Source: Pseudomonadota bacterium
GTDB lineage: Bacteria > Bdellovibrionota_C > UBA2361 > OMII01
NCBI GenBank assembly: GCA_038134595.1
Contig: JAYPVM010000003.1
Span: 191,729 to 255,728, forward strand
DNA: 64,000 bases
Direction of reading: 5' to 3'
Shown: positions 40,442-49,774 of the stretch, piece by piece
Numbering within the stretch: the stretch's first letter is position 1
How the letters are laid out: each line of letters begins with the position of its first letter
Program-made: the position numbers and the translations under genes
The notes under the pieces: model-generated
What the model was told of the DNA's origin: nothing
Seen by the model: the letters and a program-made list of their open reading frames with translations, nothing else
Databases searched by the model: none

Positions 40442-42550
40442 TTGCGTAAGAGGAGGGGCTACATGGAGCAGGATAAGCAGGAAGGATTAAGCATTATTCA
40501 TAGGTTACTGTTGATCGCAGGAATTATCGCAGTTTCTTTCCACGATGCAAATGCAGAGGATTTTAAGGACCCACTCTCCAATCAAACAACTGCCACGATA
40601 TTTACGATGTCTGAGCTCGACCTAGATCGGGGTAGCACCGCTACCGCCTTTTCTGGTGATAGTGATGCCAGATTAAAGTCGAAGGTCTTAAGCGCTGCCT
40701 CCGGTAAATTTGGGCTCGACCAAAACACTTCGGCAATTCAGTTCGCTGAAACAAAAGTAGACGAGCTAGGAGCGCGTCATTACAGAGGAGTCCAGACCAT
40801 TGAGTCTGTGCCAGTAGTCGGAGCCCGCTTTGACATTCACTTAAACCAAAACAAGGACTCCATTTTTGTGACCGCAAAAATCTCTCACGGTCGACCGGAA
40901 AGTATGCAGCCCCGAATTGACGAGGACCAAGCTACCATACTGGCAGAATCACACTGGAAGGATTCATTAAACAACGAACCGGAAACAAGGAAAACACCGA
41001 CTTTGGTGGTCTTTGATTCGAGTATCCTGGATAGGTTTGTCTCTGGAAAGCCCCGGCTAGCATACCAAATCGACCTTGGCTCAAGATTTGAAGCCTACCG
41101 ATATTTTGTCGATGCCATTACTGGCGACATTTTAAAGCGCCTATCTTTAGACAGGCACTTAAACAGAGAGATAGCAGATTGCTCATTTGGCGATGGATTG
41201 TGTTATTTCGGCGCATACAAGTCAGAATATGACTACACGTTCGGAAGGGTAGAAGGGGATGAGCCCGTGGGAGCGAATCCGATAGATGACCCAGAGCTTC
41301 AAGCCTTTCCTTATGATACCGATAACGTCTATGAGTTAGTTGGAGCCTACGCTGGATACCTACAAGCTCGCTTCAAAAGAAACGGTCCAAACGGAAAAGG
41401 CGGTCTTGGAGGTGGTGAGAATATCCCAAAGGCGACCACTCGCGCCTTGACGTATATTGGGCTAGGCGATGACTCCTTCTGTCCGAATGCTTATTATAGT
41501 TCCTTCGAGGAGCGGGTAAATTTCTGCGCAGGAATGGCAGATTTAAACACTATTTCTCACGAACTCACACACGGAGTAACACATTTTTCAAGCGGTCTTA
41601 TATATCAAAACGAGTCAGGCGCTTTAGATGAGTCGTTCGCAGATATCTTCGCAGAGGCAATGGAATACTACTTGATTGGTCAAAACAATTGGCTCATAGG
41701 TAGTACTAAATTCGATGAGAGTAGGGTAGGCGTATTGCGAAGCATGAAGAATCCAGAGGAGGCACTATGGAGCCCGTATGATGGCGCTTATGTAAATGGA
41801 TCGCAGCCCGCACACTTCTACAGCAGTAAGGTTTATTGTGGAGAACAGGATAATGGAGGCGTTCATCAAAATAGCGGCGTTCTCAATCATGCAGCGTACC
41901 TTATCGCCGAAGGTGGGTCTTTTAATGGCTGCTCGATACCCGCACTGGGTATGAAAAAGATGGAGCAGATAATGTATCGAGCTCTTACGAGGTATCTCAC
42001 ACCGACTTCCACGTTTTACGATGCCTACGTGGCAATACGCCAGTCAGCATGGGAATTAGTAACTGCAGAAGAGTTTTTGTCGGTCGAAAAAGCACTGCTG
42101 GCAGTTCAGCTCAATCAGCCTGGAAAATGCTCAGGAATTAAAGCAAGTCCTACGCAGTGTAGTGCGTGGGTCGATCAGTGCCCCGATCATCCGGATTTAA
42201 TCAGTGAAGGAGCCTGCGGCTGCGGTGTTCCGGAGGTTGATGCAAATAACAACGGAGTGCCGGATTGCATTGATATCAATGGAGATACACGTCCGGCAGC
42301 ACCCGTAGTGTCAAAGCTAGCGACCAAGAAGCGAAAGAAGGTAAGGAAGTTTCTTGTTGCCTTTCAAGAGGTGCCTGGTGCGCGATACATCGTTAAATTA
42401 TCTCAAAAAGGAAGACGACCGATATATCGGTGGATGAAGTCGTCGCTTATTCAGGTTCGGCTTCTCGGAAAAGGTGCGTGGCGCATTTCGTATCGAATAC
42501 GAGCAAATGGTCAAATGACGAAGTTTAGTCGGGAAATGCGGCTTAGGTAG
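40442..42550 (+). CDS. Secreted thermolysin-family (M4) metallopeptidase with TSP3-like repeat and basic C-terminal domain
   Basis: FTP/PepSY propeptide (YFVDAITG), NAY, HELTH, NESGALDESFADIF, DNGGVHQNSG; DQCP..GACGCGVP..NNNGVPDCID; start may be the downstream ATG (MEQD). Confidence 0.92.
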   Translation: MRKRRGYMEQDKQEGLSIIHRLLLIAGIIAVSFHDANAEDFKDPLSNQTTATIFTMSELDLDRGSTATAFSGDSDARLKSKVLSAASGKFGLDQNTSAIQFAETKVDELGARHYRGVQTIESVPVVGARFDIHLNQNKDSIFVTAKISHGRPESMQPRIDEDQATILAESHWKDSLNNEPETRKTPTLVVFDSSILDRFVSGKPRLAYQIDLGSRFEAYRYFVDAITGDILKRLSLDRHLNREIADCSFGDGLCYFGAYKSEYDYTFGRVEGDEPVGANPIDDPELQAFPYDTDNVYELVGAYAGYLQARFKRNGPNGKGGLGGGENIPKATTRALTYIGLGDDSFCPNAYYSSFEERVNFCAGMADLNTISHELTHGVTHFSSGLIYQNESGALDESFADIFAEAMEYYLIGQNNWLIGSTKFDESRVGVLRSMKNPEEALWSPYDGAYVNGSQPAHFYSSKVYCGEQDNGGVHQNSGVLNHAAYLIAEGGSFNGCSIPALGMKKMEQIMYRALTRYLTPTSTFYDAYVAIRQSAWELVTAEEFLSVEKALLAVQLNQPGKCSGIKASPTQCSAWVDQCPDHPDLISEGACGCGVPEVDANNNGVPDCIDINGDTRPAAPVVSKLATKKRKKVRKFLVAFQEVPGARYIVKLSQKGRRPIYRWMKSSLIQVRLLGKGAWRISYRIRANGQMTKFSREMRLR

Positions 42551-42622
42551 AAGATAGAGCATGTCACCACCGCTCTAGTGGCGATTGAATGGGCGGGGCG
42601 AGGTAATGCCGAAAGGCGATAG

Positions 42623-43600
42623 TTATGAGCGATTTTGAACCAGAAGCTGTAGAGAATCCACATCACAAACTATATCATCTAGTACCGACGCAGGTTCGAC
42701 GCCAACAACATATCGCCCTAAGCTAAGAATTCGCCGAGAGAGCTCAGGAGACGGAATGCCGGGAAAGGTGCGTATCAAATTCTCTCCCTCCCACGTATCC
42801 TGTTGGTCATCGTGCCAGGTTTGCTTCGCATAATACCTGGATGCAGGCGCAGCGATTGTGATTGAAATCGTCGTAGGCTTTTCGCCGCTCCAGACTCCAA
42901 ACCCTTCAAGCCAGTACGGTTGTTCGGCTCTCGGGACGCAATCATCTCCCTCGGGTAATTCAGCTAGCTCTTCAATCGAACTAACAAAGGACATGTTAAG
43001 CACAATGTATCGGCCCCCTACCTCATGAAACATGCCGTATAAAATACCATCTGAGTAGTGAAACCTATCGAAGGTTCCCTGATATGTCTTGTCTTCGCTG
43101 TGTCTCCAAGGAGAGCGATACGTTATTTGAAGAGGCTGTCCCCTATGAGCAAAACCCAAAAGCCTGACCAGATTAGTTTCGGCTAACTGTGCAACCGAAG
43201 TTGTATCTGATGAAAAGCGCTTCGCTATCTTAACAAGGTCTAGCTCAAGATCTGCCCTTCCGTTAGTGCACCGCGCCCACAAGGTACTACAAGCTGTAGC
43301 GATGGCTTTATCATCAATAAGCTGGCTAAGCTCGGTAAGTAATACAAGAGCCACCAGCTCATCTTGACCGTGTGGAAGCGTATTAAAAGAGTAGGAGGGA
43401 TCGGTTAAAAAGTAGCCACGTTCAGATTCATCGTACGCAAGCGGGGCTCCGAACTCATAACGAAGCCTATCGATGGTTCTCATCGCAGTGCTTCTTGAGC
43501 AGGAACACAGTTTGCCCAACGAAGAGGCGTTAGGATAGGTGCGCTTTTGCAGTTCAGAAAGAAACACTAACGCGCGCTTTAGAAATGGGTATGATTCCAT
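42623..43600 (-). CDS. HTH-WYL(-WCX) transcriptional regulator
   Basis: YPNASSL...SRSTAMRTIDRLR..GAPLAYD...GY; LQITYRSP; FGVWSG; WHDDQ; RRILSLG. Confidence 0.85.
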   Translation of the reverse strand: MESYPFLKRALVFLSELQKRTYPNASSLGKLCSCSRSTAMRTIDRLRYEFGAPLAYDESERGYFLTDPSYSFNTLPHGQDELVALVLLTELSQLIDDKAIATACSTLWARCTNGRADLELDLVKIAKRFSSDTTSVAQLAETNLVRLLGFAHRGQPLQITYRSPWRHSEDKTYQGTFDRFHYSDGILYGMFHEVGGRYIVLNMSFVSSIEELAELPEGDDCVPRAEQPYWLEGFGVWSGEKPTTISITIAAPASRYYAKQTWHDDQQDTWEGENLIRTFPGIPSPELSRRILSLGRYVVGVEPASVLDDIVCDVDSLQLLVQNRS

Positions 43601-43685
43601 CGATCTGATTCCTTACTATAGTGTTCGGGCATTTTGTGTATAGGCTAAAGAGCCGCAGTTGGGCCGGATTGCCTGTTTAATAGCG

Positions 43686-44060
43686 CTACACTGATTGCGG
43701 AGGTGCCTCAATCGGCTGCTGTTCCAGATAACCTAATGGAATCAGATGAGAAGCCCCTGATGTTGTCTCCAGAAGAATAAAGCTATTTGCGCCGCGAAAT
43801 ACCAACTTTTTCGCAAACCCCGTTATTGTGCGTTCCTTTAACGAGTCTGCACCTTTTGGTACCTGCACCGAAACCTGCTTGTTATCAGCGCAGAGCTGAA
43901 GCATTGTTAAAAGACTAATTGCTCCTGTAGTTTCCGAGCTGAGTGGTTCGGTATCTACGTAGTCTAGTACATACCGAGTAGCCCGATTAAATAGATAGGA
44001 AAACCAATTGTTTTTCGCAAGTAGTGGAATCGTGGTAGCTGGCTGCATCAGGAGGTCCAA
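43686..44060 (-). CDS. Small hypothetical protein, possible YolD/WYL-like Sm-fold
   Basis: C-terminal half KQVSVQ...RTITGFAKKL...FILLE...HLIPLGYL resembles SH3/Sm-fold strand spacing; start TTG 44060 or ATG 44048. Confidence 0.55.
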   Translation of the reverse strand: MDLLMQPATTIPLLAKNNWFSYLFNRATRYVLDYVDTEPLSSETTGAISLLTMLQLCADNKQVSVQVPKGADSLKERTITGFAKKLVFRGANSFILLETTSGASHLIPLGYLEQQPIEAPPQSV

Positions 44061-44082
44061 ACGACCTCAGACAGGGATGAGG

Positions 44083-44380
44083 TAAGGGTAGAAATGCGAG
44101 GTCTGCCCCTCTCTGTAGGAATTCAACGGTCCGAGCAGAGGTGAAGATGTGCAGCTTAGTCGTGAAAAGTAGCAATTCAGATACAGGTACTACTAAGGCA
44201 CCAAGCTAGCAATCCTAGGCATATGAGGCGCAGACATCCCTGGGCGATACGGCACTACATCTTATGTCTTCCACCTCCTGTAAACCTCTTGGCACAGGAT
44301 CGTAATATGGATAAAGGTCCTTATGAATAATTGACGTAGATGCCTGTGAGAGGAGAGGCAGATCATTCTCTTTCCCCTTA
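44083..44380. ncRNA. Candidate ~300-nt structured non-coding element
   Basis: Nested complementary segments found by eye (see findings); no known family recognised; strand unresolved. Confidence 0.35.
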
Positions 44381-44710
44381 CAGGCCGCTTTCTTGTTTGT
44401 AGAAGAGATGCAGATAGAAGTGTTTATAAACTCCAAGGGAACAAAGGGAAGCCCAACTTGTTTGCTAAAGGTAATAAAATGGACTCCCCTTGAATGAGTT
44501 ATCTTGGATTGCGCTTGAAGCTATACTCGGATCTTAGTGGTAAAGTTGCCGGGGTTTGGAGATTTCTTGAATAGGACGGAAAGTAACGACAAGGGGTAGG
44601 GCAGGGAGTGGCCTGGTACCAGTGTTAACCTTTGTATGTTTGATTCCATTGCCATGGAGATACTCTAATACGGGTCTCTCATTCTCCCTAGTAAAATCTT
44701 TTTCGACGCC

Positions 44711-47590
44711 TTACGGAAGTACTCTAAACTCTAGCGGCTTCCCGGTATCGATTGGAGTAGAGGTGATCTCCATTGTATCTAGATTGACCTTTCCAACGAC
44801 GTAGGTGTCATCTGCGACTCGGCGCCCAGTAAACATGACCATGCTTTTCTCAGGCCGATCCTCTACGTGAAGCACCTCGAATTCTTCTTTGGCTGGATCG
44901 ATAAGTACCGATTCGAAGTAGTCAGTTAAATCGACAAGAATCGTGGTGTGCTTGCCGGTGTCGTTTTTGCCAGTCACTACGAGATAGTCGTCTGCTACAT
45001 AGTTTAGTAGCGTTGGATCGGTAAGCGACAGTTCCGCAAGACCAGGATAGGCGAAGTAGCGCGTCAATCCCGTACTAGTCATTCCATACACCTCTCCATA
45101 CTCTGTTATCTGCAATCTGCGAGGATGCACACTAAAAAATTCCGGTGAGAAACCAAGCTGACCGTATTTGTTGTCGCCCCAGCACTTCAAAACTTCATTG
45201 TTTGTCTCAGCGCAGGAGTGATACCCTCCCGAAAAAAGTTTGGTTACCCCGCTCTTTAGACCAATGGCATATCCAAGCGATCTAATCCACCACCCCCTTC
45301 CGTTGCCGAGCTGACCATTGTCGTTATTGCCCCAACACTTAACTGCTCCTGCCTTGGTTAGCGCACATGTGTGGTACCTTCCTGCAACGATAAGCTCAAC
45401 GTTACTATCGAGTCCGAGAGCATCTACTGGGGTGGCTCTATAAGACTTTGTGCCATCTCCAAGCTGGTAATCATCGTTTTTCCCCCAGCACTTCACTCCG
45501 CCACTGGTAGTAAGCGCGCACGAATGAAAACCGCCTGACACAACTTCCTTCACTCCACTTTGAAGACCGTCTATGTCTTCAGGGGTATAGCGAGCATTTG
45601 TTCCATCCAAGATGAGTCCCTTGCCAGTGGAACCCCAACACTTCACACCACCCTCTATTGTTAAGGCGCAGTTGTTTTTGCTTCCTGCCGTCACACGCAC
45701 AACACCACTTTGAAGCCCGCTTACATTTACTGGAACGGTGCTGGAGGTGGAAGTTCCGTTACCAAGTTGTCCCCAAGTATTTTCTCCCCAGCATTGCACT
45801 CCACCCCCGGTGGTAAGGGCACATGTGTGCTCTTCACCCATCGCAAGCTGCTGTACACCGCTTTGGAGCCCGACAACATCAACAGGAGTATTGCTACTTG
45901 TAGTTGTTCCATCGCCCAGTTGTCCATCGTTATTTGCGCCCCAGCACTTCACACCGCCTTCTTGGGTGAGTGCGCAGGTATGATTAAATTGTGTGAAGAC
46001 CCCTTGTACACCACTTTGTAAACCAACCACCCCAACACGTGTCGCGGTGTCAGTGTTTGATCCATCTCCTAGTTGTCCAACGGAGTTTTGCCCCCAACAC
46101 GTAACCCCCCCTTCGAGGCTTAGGGAACAGGAGTGGTGCTGACCCAGCACAAGTTCTGTACCGGAAACTTGCTGAAGGTTAGGGAAGCCGCCGGGCGTTC
46201 GCCAAACGGTGTGGGTTTTTCCCGAAGAATAGAACTCCTGGGGCGCGAGACGGGTACTTGCCTCATAATCGAGAGACTGAGCGGCTTGTGAGTACGGAAC
46301 GATATTCTCCAAGCTGTTAAAATATCCGCCGAAGTAGGGTCTGCCGTCTGGAAAGATACGCATAAACGAGATTTCTGGATTATCGTTCGTACTTAGTATC
46401 GTTTCGAAGCCGTCATTTGGCCCATATCTTCGAACCCACTGGAGGAGGTGGTCTAAGTCTTTTCCGTGAAAGAGAACGGCGCCGTCTCCTAAGACAAGGA
46501 AGTCTTTGATGCTAGTGGAGTTGTCCACAGAGAAGATGTCACGGTGAATGCCGTCCCTGTACATTCGAATGTTTAAGTCGTCATTATCATTTCGAGCAAG
46601 GTAGTAGATCCCACCTAAATCATCGAATTGTATCGATTGATTCTTGGGGTTTTCAAACCAGGCTACGCTTGTAATCCCTGCGTCGATGCACGTAGGTACG
46701 CCCGTAGTTCTATCAACTTCGACCAATAGGCACCCGTTGGTGAGGTCAACCTCTCCAGTATCAAGATTAAATTTCTTTGTTAGTACGACGTACAGCTTGC
46801 CGTTTGGGGCTATGAGGAAATTTGAAACACGTACCGTATCTTTTTGGTTTGTGACGATTGATACCTTCTCACCTGTTTCCGTAACGCCAATGAGATTGGA
46901 GCCATCACTGGTGCCATCCTCCACAGCGGAGTTGTTTTGAAGAAGAAGTCCAGTAACCCCGTCTAGGGCAAATTGAAACCCCGGCTCTGGAGTGGGAGTG
47001 GCGGTTGGCGTCTCAGTTGGAGTTGCCGTTGGAGTTTCGGTTGGTGTCTCAGTTGGAGTTGCCGTTGGAGTTTCGGTTGGTGTCTCAGTTGGCGTCTCAG
47101 TTGGAGTTGCCGTTGGAGTTTCGGTTGGTGTCTCAGTTGGCGTCTCTGTTGGAGTTTCGGTTGGTGTCTTTGTCGGAGTTGCCGTTAAGGTGTCTAAAGG
47201 GGTAGTGGTCGGGGTGGCAGTTGCAGTTGGTGTGGGAATACCAGCTTTGCAAAGTGCGATTTGAGAGGTGAGTTTCTTGCGAAATACCCGTAGGCGTTTC
47301 TTCAAGGCTTTTCGCTTGGCCTTGTCTGCCGCTTTAACTCTTGTCTTGAGCTTCTTAATGAGCTTTGTGTAGGGAACAAATCTTCCTCGTTTGTTCATCT
47401 GACCGGGGAGCCATGATGAGCTTACCTTGCCGCAGATGACGTCCCCGAGGCGGAAAGTTCCCGTGGACTGTGCCTCTGCTGTAAGGGATACGAAGGATAG
47501 TAAGGAGAGGGATAGGAGAGTAATGGATAACAGTGATAATAGAGCTGTTTTATATCGCTTAGTTAGCACTTGTTTCATCTGCACCCCCAC
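44711..47590 (-). CDS. Secreted RCC1-repeat protein with basic N-terminal domain and Pro/Thr linker
   Basis: Signal peptide (AEA); Cys-flanked K/R-rich helix; (TPTE/TPTA)n; about 7 HTCAL..GGVKCWG.N..GQLGDG repeats. Confidence 0.88.
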   Translation of the reverse strand: MGVQMKQVLTKRYKTALLSLLSITLLSLSLLSFVSLTAEAQSTGTFRLGDVICGKVSSSWLPGQMNKRGRFVPYTKLIKKLKTRVKAADKAKRKALKKRLRVFRKKLTSQIALCKAGIPTPTATATPTTTPLDTLTATPTKTPTETPTETPTETPTETPTATPTETPTETPTETPTATPTETPTETPTATPTETPTATPTPEPGFQFALDGVTGLLLQNNSAVEDGTSDGSNLIGVTETGEKVSIVTNQKDTVRVSNFLIAPNGKLYVVLTKKFNLDTGEVDLTNGCLLVEVDRTTGVPTCIDAGITSVAWFENPKNQSIQFDDLGGIYYLARNDNDDLNIRMYRDGIHRDIFSVDNSTSIKDFLVLGDGAVLFHGKDLDHLLQWVRRYGPNDGFETILSTNDNPEISFMRIFPDGRPYFGGYFNSLENIVPYSQAAQSLDYEASTRLAPQEFYSSGKTHTVWRTPGGFPNLQQVSGTELVLGQHHSCSLSLEGGVTCWGQNSVGQLGDGSNTDTATRVGVVGLQSGVQGVFTQFNHTCALTQEGGVKCWGANNDGQLGDGTTTSSNTPVDVVGLQSGVQQLAMGEEHTCALTTGGGVQCWGENTWGQLGNGTSTSSTVPVNVSGLQSGVVRVTAGSKNNCALTIEGGVKCWGSTGKGLILDGTNARYTPEDIDGLQSGVKEVVSGGFHSCALTTSGGVKCWGKNDDYQLGDGTKSYRATPVDALGLDSNVELIVAGRYHTCALTKAGAVKCWGNNDNGQLGNGRGWWIRSLGYAIGLKSGVTKLFSGGYHSCAETNNEVLKCWGDNKYGQLGFSPEFFSVHPRRLQITEYGEVYGMTSTGLTRYFAYPGLAELSLTDPTLLNYVADDYLVVTGKNDTGKHTTILVDLTDYFESVLIDPAKEEFEVLHVEDRPEKSMVMFTGRRVADDTYVVGKVNLDTMEITSTPIDTGKPLEFRVLP
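46990..47185 (-). repeat. 12-bp tandem repeats encoding a TPTE/TPTA linker
   Basis: Plus-strand units GTTGGCGTCTCA / GTTGGAGTTGCC / GTTGGAGTTTCG / GTTGGTGTCTCA. Confidence 0.9.
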
Positions 47591-48520
47591 CCTTTAATCA
47601 AACCGCGTTTGTTTTACCAGTATATTGGGCCCTAATCAAACAATTAATAAAGCTAGCGAGCCACACACCAAGACTTTGGTCCGAATATCGGTGCCGGTTT
47701 ATCGGGTTGAAAGTGTTCGATTACCATTACTTCCTGGTATTTCATGTCTTTATAGTCGCTCTTTCCCGTTAAAAGTTTCGTGGGAAGAGTGCAGTGCCCC
47801 AAGGAGTGCTAATATGGGATCTCTCCTAATCGGGAGACTAAACCTACAGGGGTCGCTTGGGTTAGACAGCTTTCAAGCCTCGCTTGGTGTGCCCTTTCTG
47901 CTAGTCGATTGCAACTGACGAAATTATCTCTGCAGGCTTGGATCAATTGTTAAGAAAATCGATTACTTCTGTATAAGTATTTGAAGTTAGGTGGGGCCCT
48001 CTCCTAACAGGGTGGTGGAAAAGGAATTTACTTGTGTCGAAGGCACACTAACCCCAATGAGCTTACAGCCCTGTTCTGAGGCAGAAAAATACTCACAAGT
48101 TTTAGCATTATAACTGATAGGGGCGACTAAAGAAGCCTAGCGTTTGGCGTCATGTTACGATCTACTTTGAGGACGGTGAAATAATAGCATCGAGTACTCG
48201 CTCGAATGAGAACGGAGCCGGTGGAGATTATGCGAAATGCCTCTTTTCGCGACTTAGCTCCCCTTTGCGCACGCTACTTCAACTCTTGAAAACATAGCGT
48301 GGGACCACTAGCCACGCACTTCGACCCCGCTCTGATCAATTGCGCCACAAACATCATCAACCCGCCACCGTAGTTCAACTACTTATAAAAAAGCGATGGA
48401 TTTGCCTATCTTTTTGGAACCTTTAAACCCTTTAGAGGAGCTGAAGTCTGGCATTTCGGCCCTTCCCTCGTCCCTTTCTAGGGGGCTCTCAAACCGCGTG
48501 ATTCGGCAAGCGACCACGGT

Positions 48521-48703
48521 TCAACTACTTGCAAAGAGTGAATTGATCTTACTATCCATTCGCTCCGTGAAAGGATGCATCTCCCCCTGTATCGCGTACT
48601 CGGTGTAGATGCACCCGTCGTAGAACGACGGCACCCCGTTCAGAAAGAGAAAGTTGCTAAAGTGGGTGTTATCGCTGTAGCCAAAGAACGGCTTCGGATT
48701 ATA
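48521..48703 (-). pseudogene. Internal fragment of an S66/MccF-type LD-carboxypeptidase
   Basis: Manual translation NPKPFFGYSDNTHFSNFLFLNGVPSFYDG with the catalytic GYSD motif; in-frame TAG immediately upstream; no start codon ahead of the motif. Confidence 0.75.
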
Positions 48704-48794
48704 CTAAAGAAAATGAGTCAAAAAAACGATAGTACAATCGTTACGGGTAGATAACTTGGTTGATGTTCATATAGGGAAGTTTGGAGCGATATTC

Positions 48795-49295
48795 ATGTCA
48801 AATCAACACCACAAAGCCGCCGAAAGTTCAGTATTAGAAAGCCGCCTTTCCGAGCTCTCGCTTAAACTCAACAGGAATGTTGACTTTGCACCTGATGCAG
48901 TCGGACCATGGACCAAATTCACTGATAAAATAAGAAACTTTGTAGACCTGGGTCCGGGTGCAATTGAAATTCTCGGCAGCGAAGAGTTGTGCCCAAGAAT
49001 CGCGGGCGTAATTGGAGCTTACAATCTGCTAAGAATCTCGTTTTATGCAGGAGAAGGCAAGAGCGCGGAACAAGGCGATATAACGGATTTCTTGCGAAGG
49101 CGAGAAAGAACCATAGATTACGGGGTGCGGGCTCTTTCGAGGCTTGATGAAGCTGTCGACTCCCTCAAGCAGGACAATCCAGATATTTCAAGCCAAATAT
49201 CAGATGGCGTTGAAGAAGTAAGAGTTTTAGCGAAAGAGGTCTTCGCTAAGCTGTGTCTCGCCCTTAACTCACAAATCAAGCAAGAAAAAAGTTAA
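48795..49295 (+). CDS. Hypothetical alpha-helical protein
   Basis: GGAG SD before ATG 48795; stop overlaps the NADAR stop (TTAA). Confidence 0.65.
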   Translation: MSNQHHKAAESSVLESRLSELSLKLNRNVDFAPDAVGPWTKFTDKIRNFVDLGPGAIEILGSEELCPRIAGVIGAYNLLRISFYAGEGKSAEQGDITDFLRRRERTIDYGVRALSRLDEAVDSLKQDNPDISSQISDGVEEVRVLAKEVFAKLCLALNSQIKQEKS

Positions 49296-49774
49296 GCATT
49301 CGTTAACTCCTGAACTGTGAGTTCTCTTATCTTCATTAGTAATTTTCCGAGATTGTTCTCGCCAATCCATTCGCCATTCACGAGTTCCGCACCCCAAAAC
49401 CGATCCCCCCAGCTATTCCCCTCAACCAAGTCTCTGGTGTGGGTATCTTTGAGTTTCTTAAAGAGATCGGTACGCATTAAAAATTTATTCCGTAAAATAT
49501 CGTGCATCACGCTGACTCGTACCTCGTCCCAGTCATGACGTATCTCGATGGTAGCACCAAAAGTTCGGGCCTGCCTTGGGTTGTCTGCATTGAGAATCTT
49601 CTGTCGATCGGCGTCACACGTCGCCTTGGCACTTTGATAAGCGTGCTCTGGAGACTTATACAAAACGTTGGCGAATACGATGGGAGATATGTAAAAATTA
49701 GAGAGGAATTCGTACTCGCCAGTGAAGCTCGTTATGGCACCAGTAACCAGTTTTGACTTAGATTGCTCAATCAT
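49292..49774 (-). CDS. NADAR (YbiA-like) ADP-ribosyl/N-glycosidase family protein
   Basis: FLSNFY, SPEHAYQSAK, DWDEVR..VM, KF, LVEGNSWGDRFWG, GENNLGKLLMKIRE. Confidence 0.93.
   Translation of the reverse strand: MIEQSKSKLVTGAITSFTGEYEFLSNFYISPIVFANVLYKSPEHAYQSAKATCDADRQKILNADNPRQARTFGATIEIRHDWDEVRVSVMHDILRNKFLMRTDLFKKLKDTHTRDLVEGNSWGDRFWGAELVNGEWIGENNLGKLLMKIRELTVQELTNA

Noticed and set aside
44083..44460. RNase P, tmRNA or cobalamin riboswitch identity for the structured element
   Set aside because: Diagnostic motifs (GAGGAAAGUCC, tRNA-like CCA end, B12 box) were not found on either strand.
46973..47264. Plus-strand repetitive ORFs and a CRISPR-like look of the repeats
   Set aside because: They are the antisense of the TPTE linker: 12-bp tandem units with no unique spacers and no cas genes.
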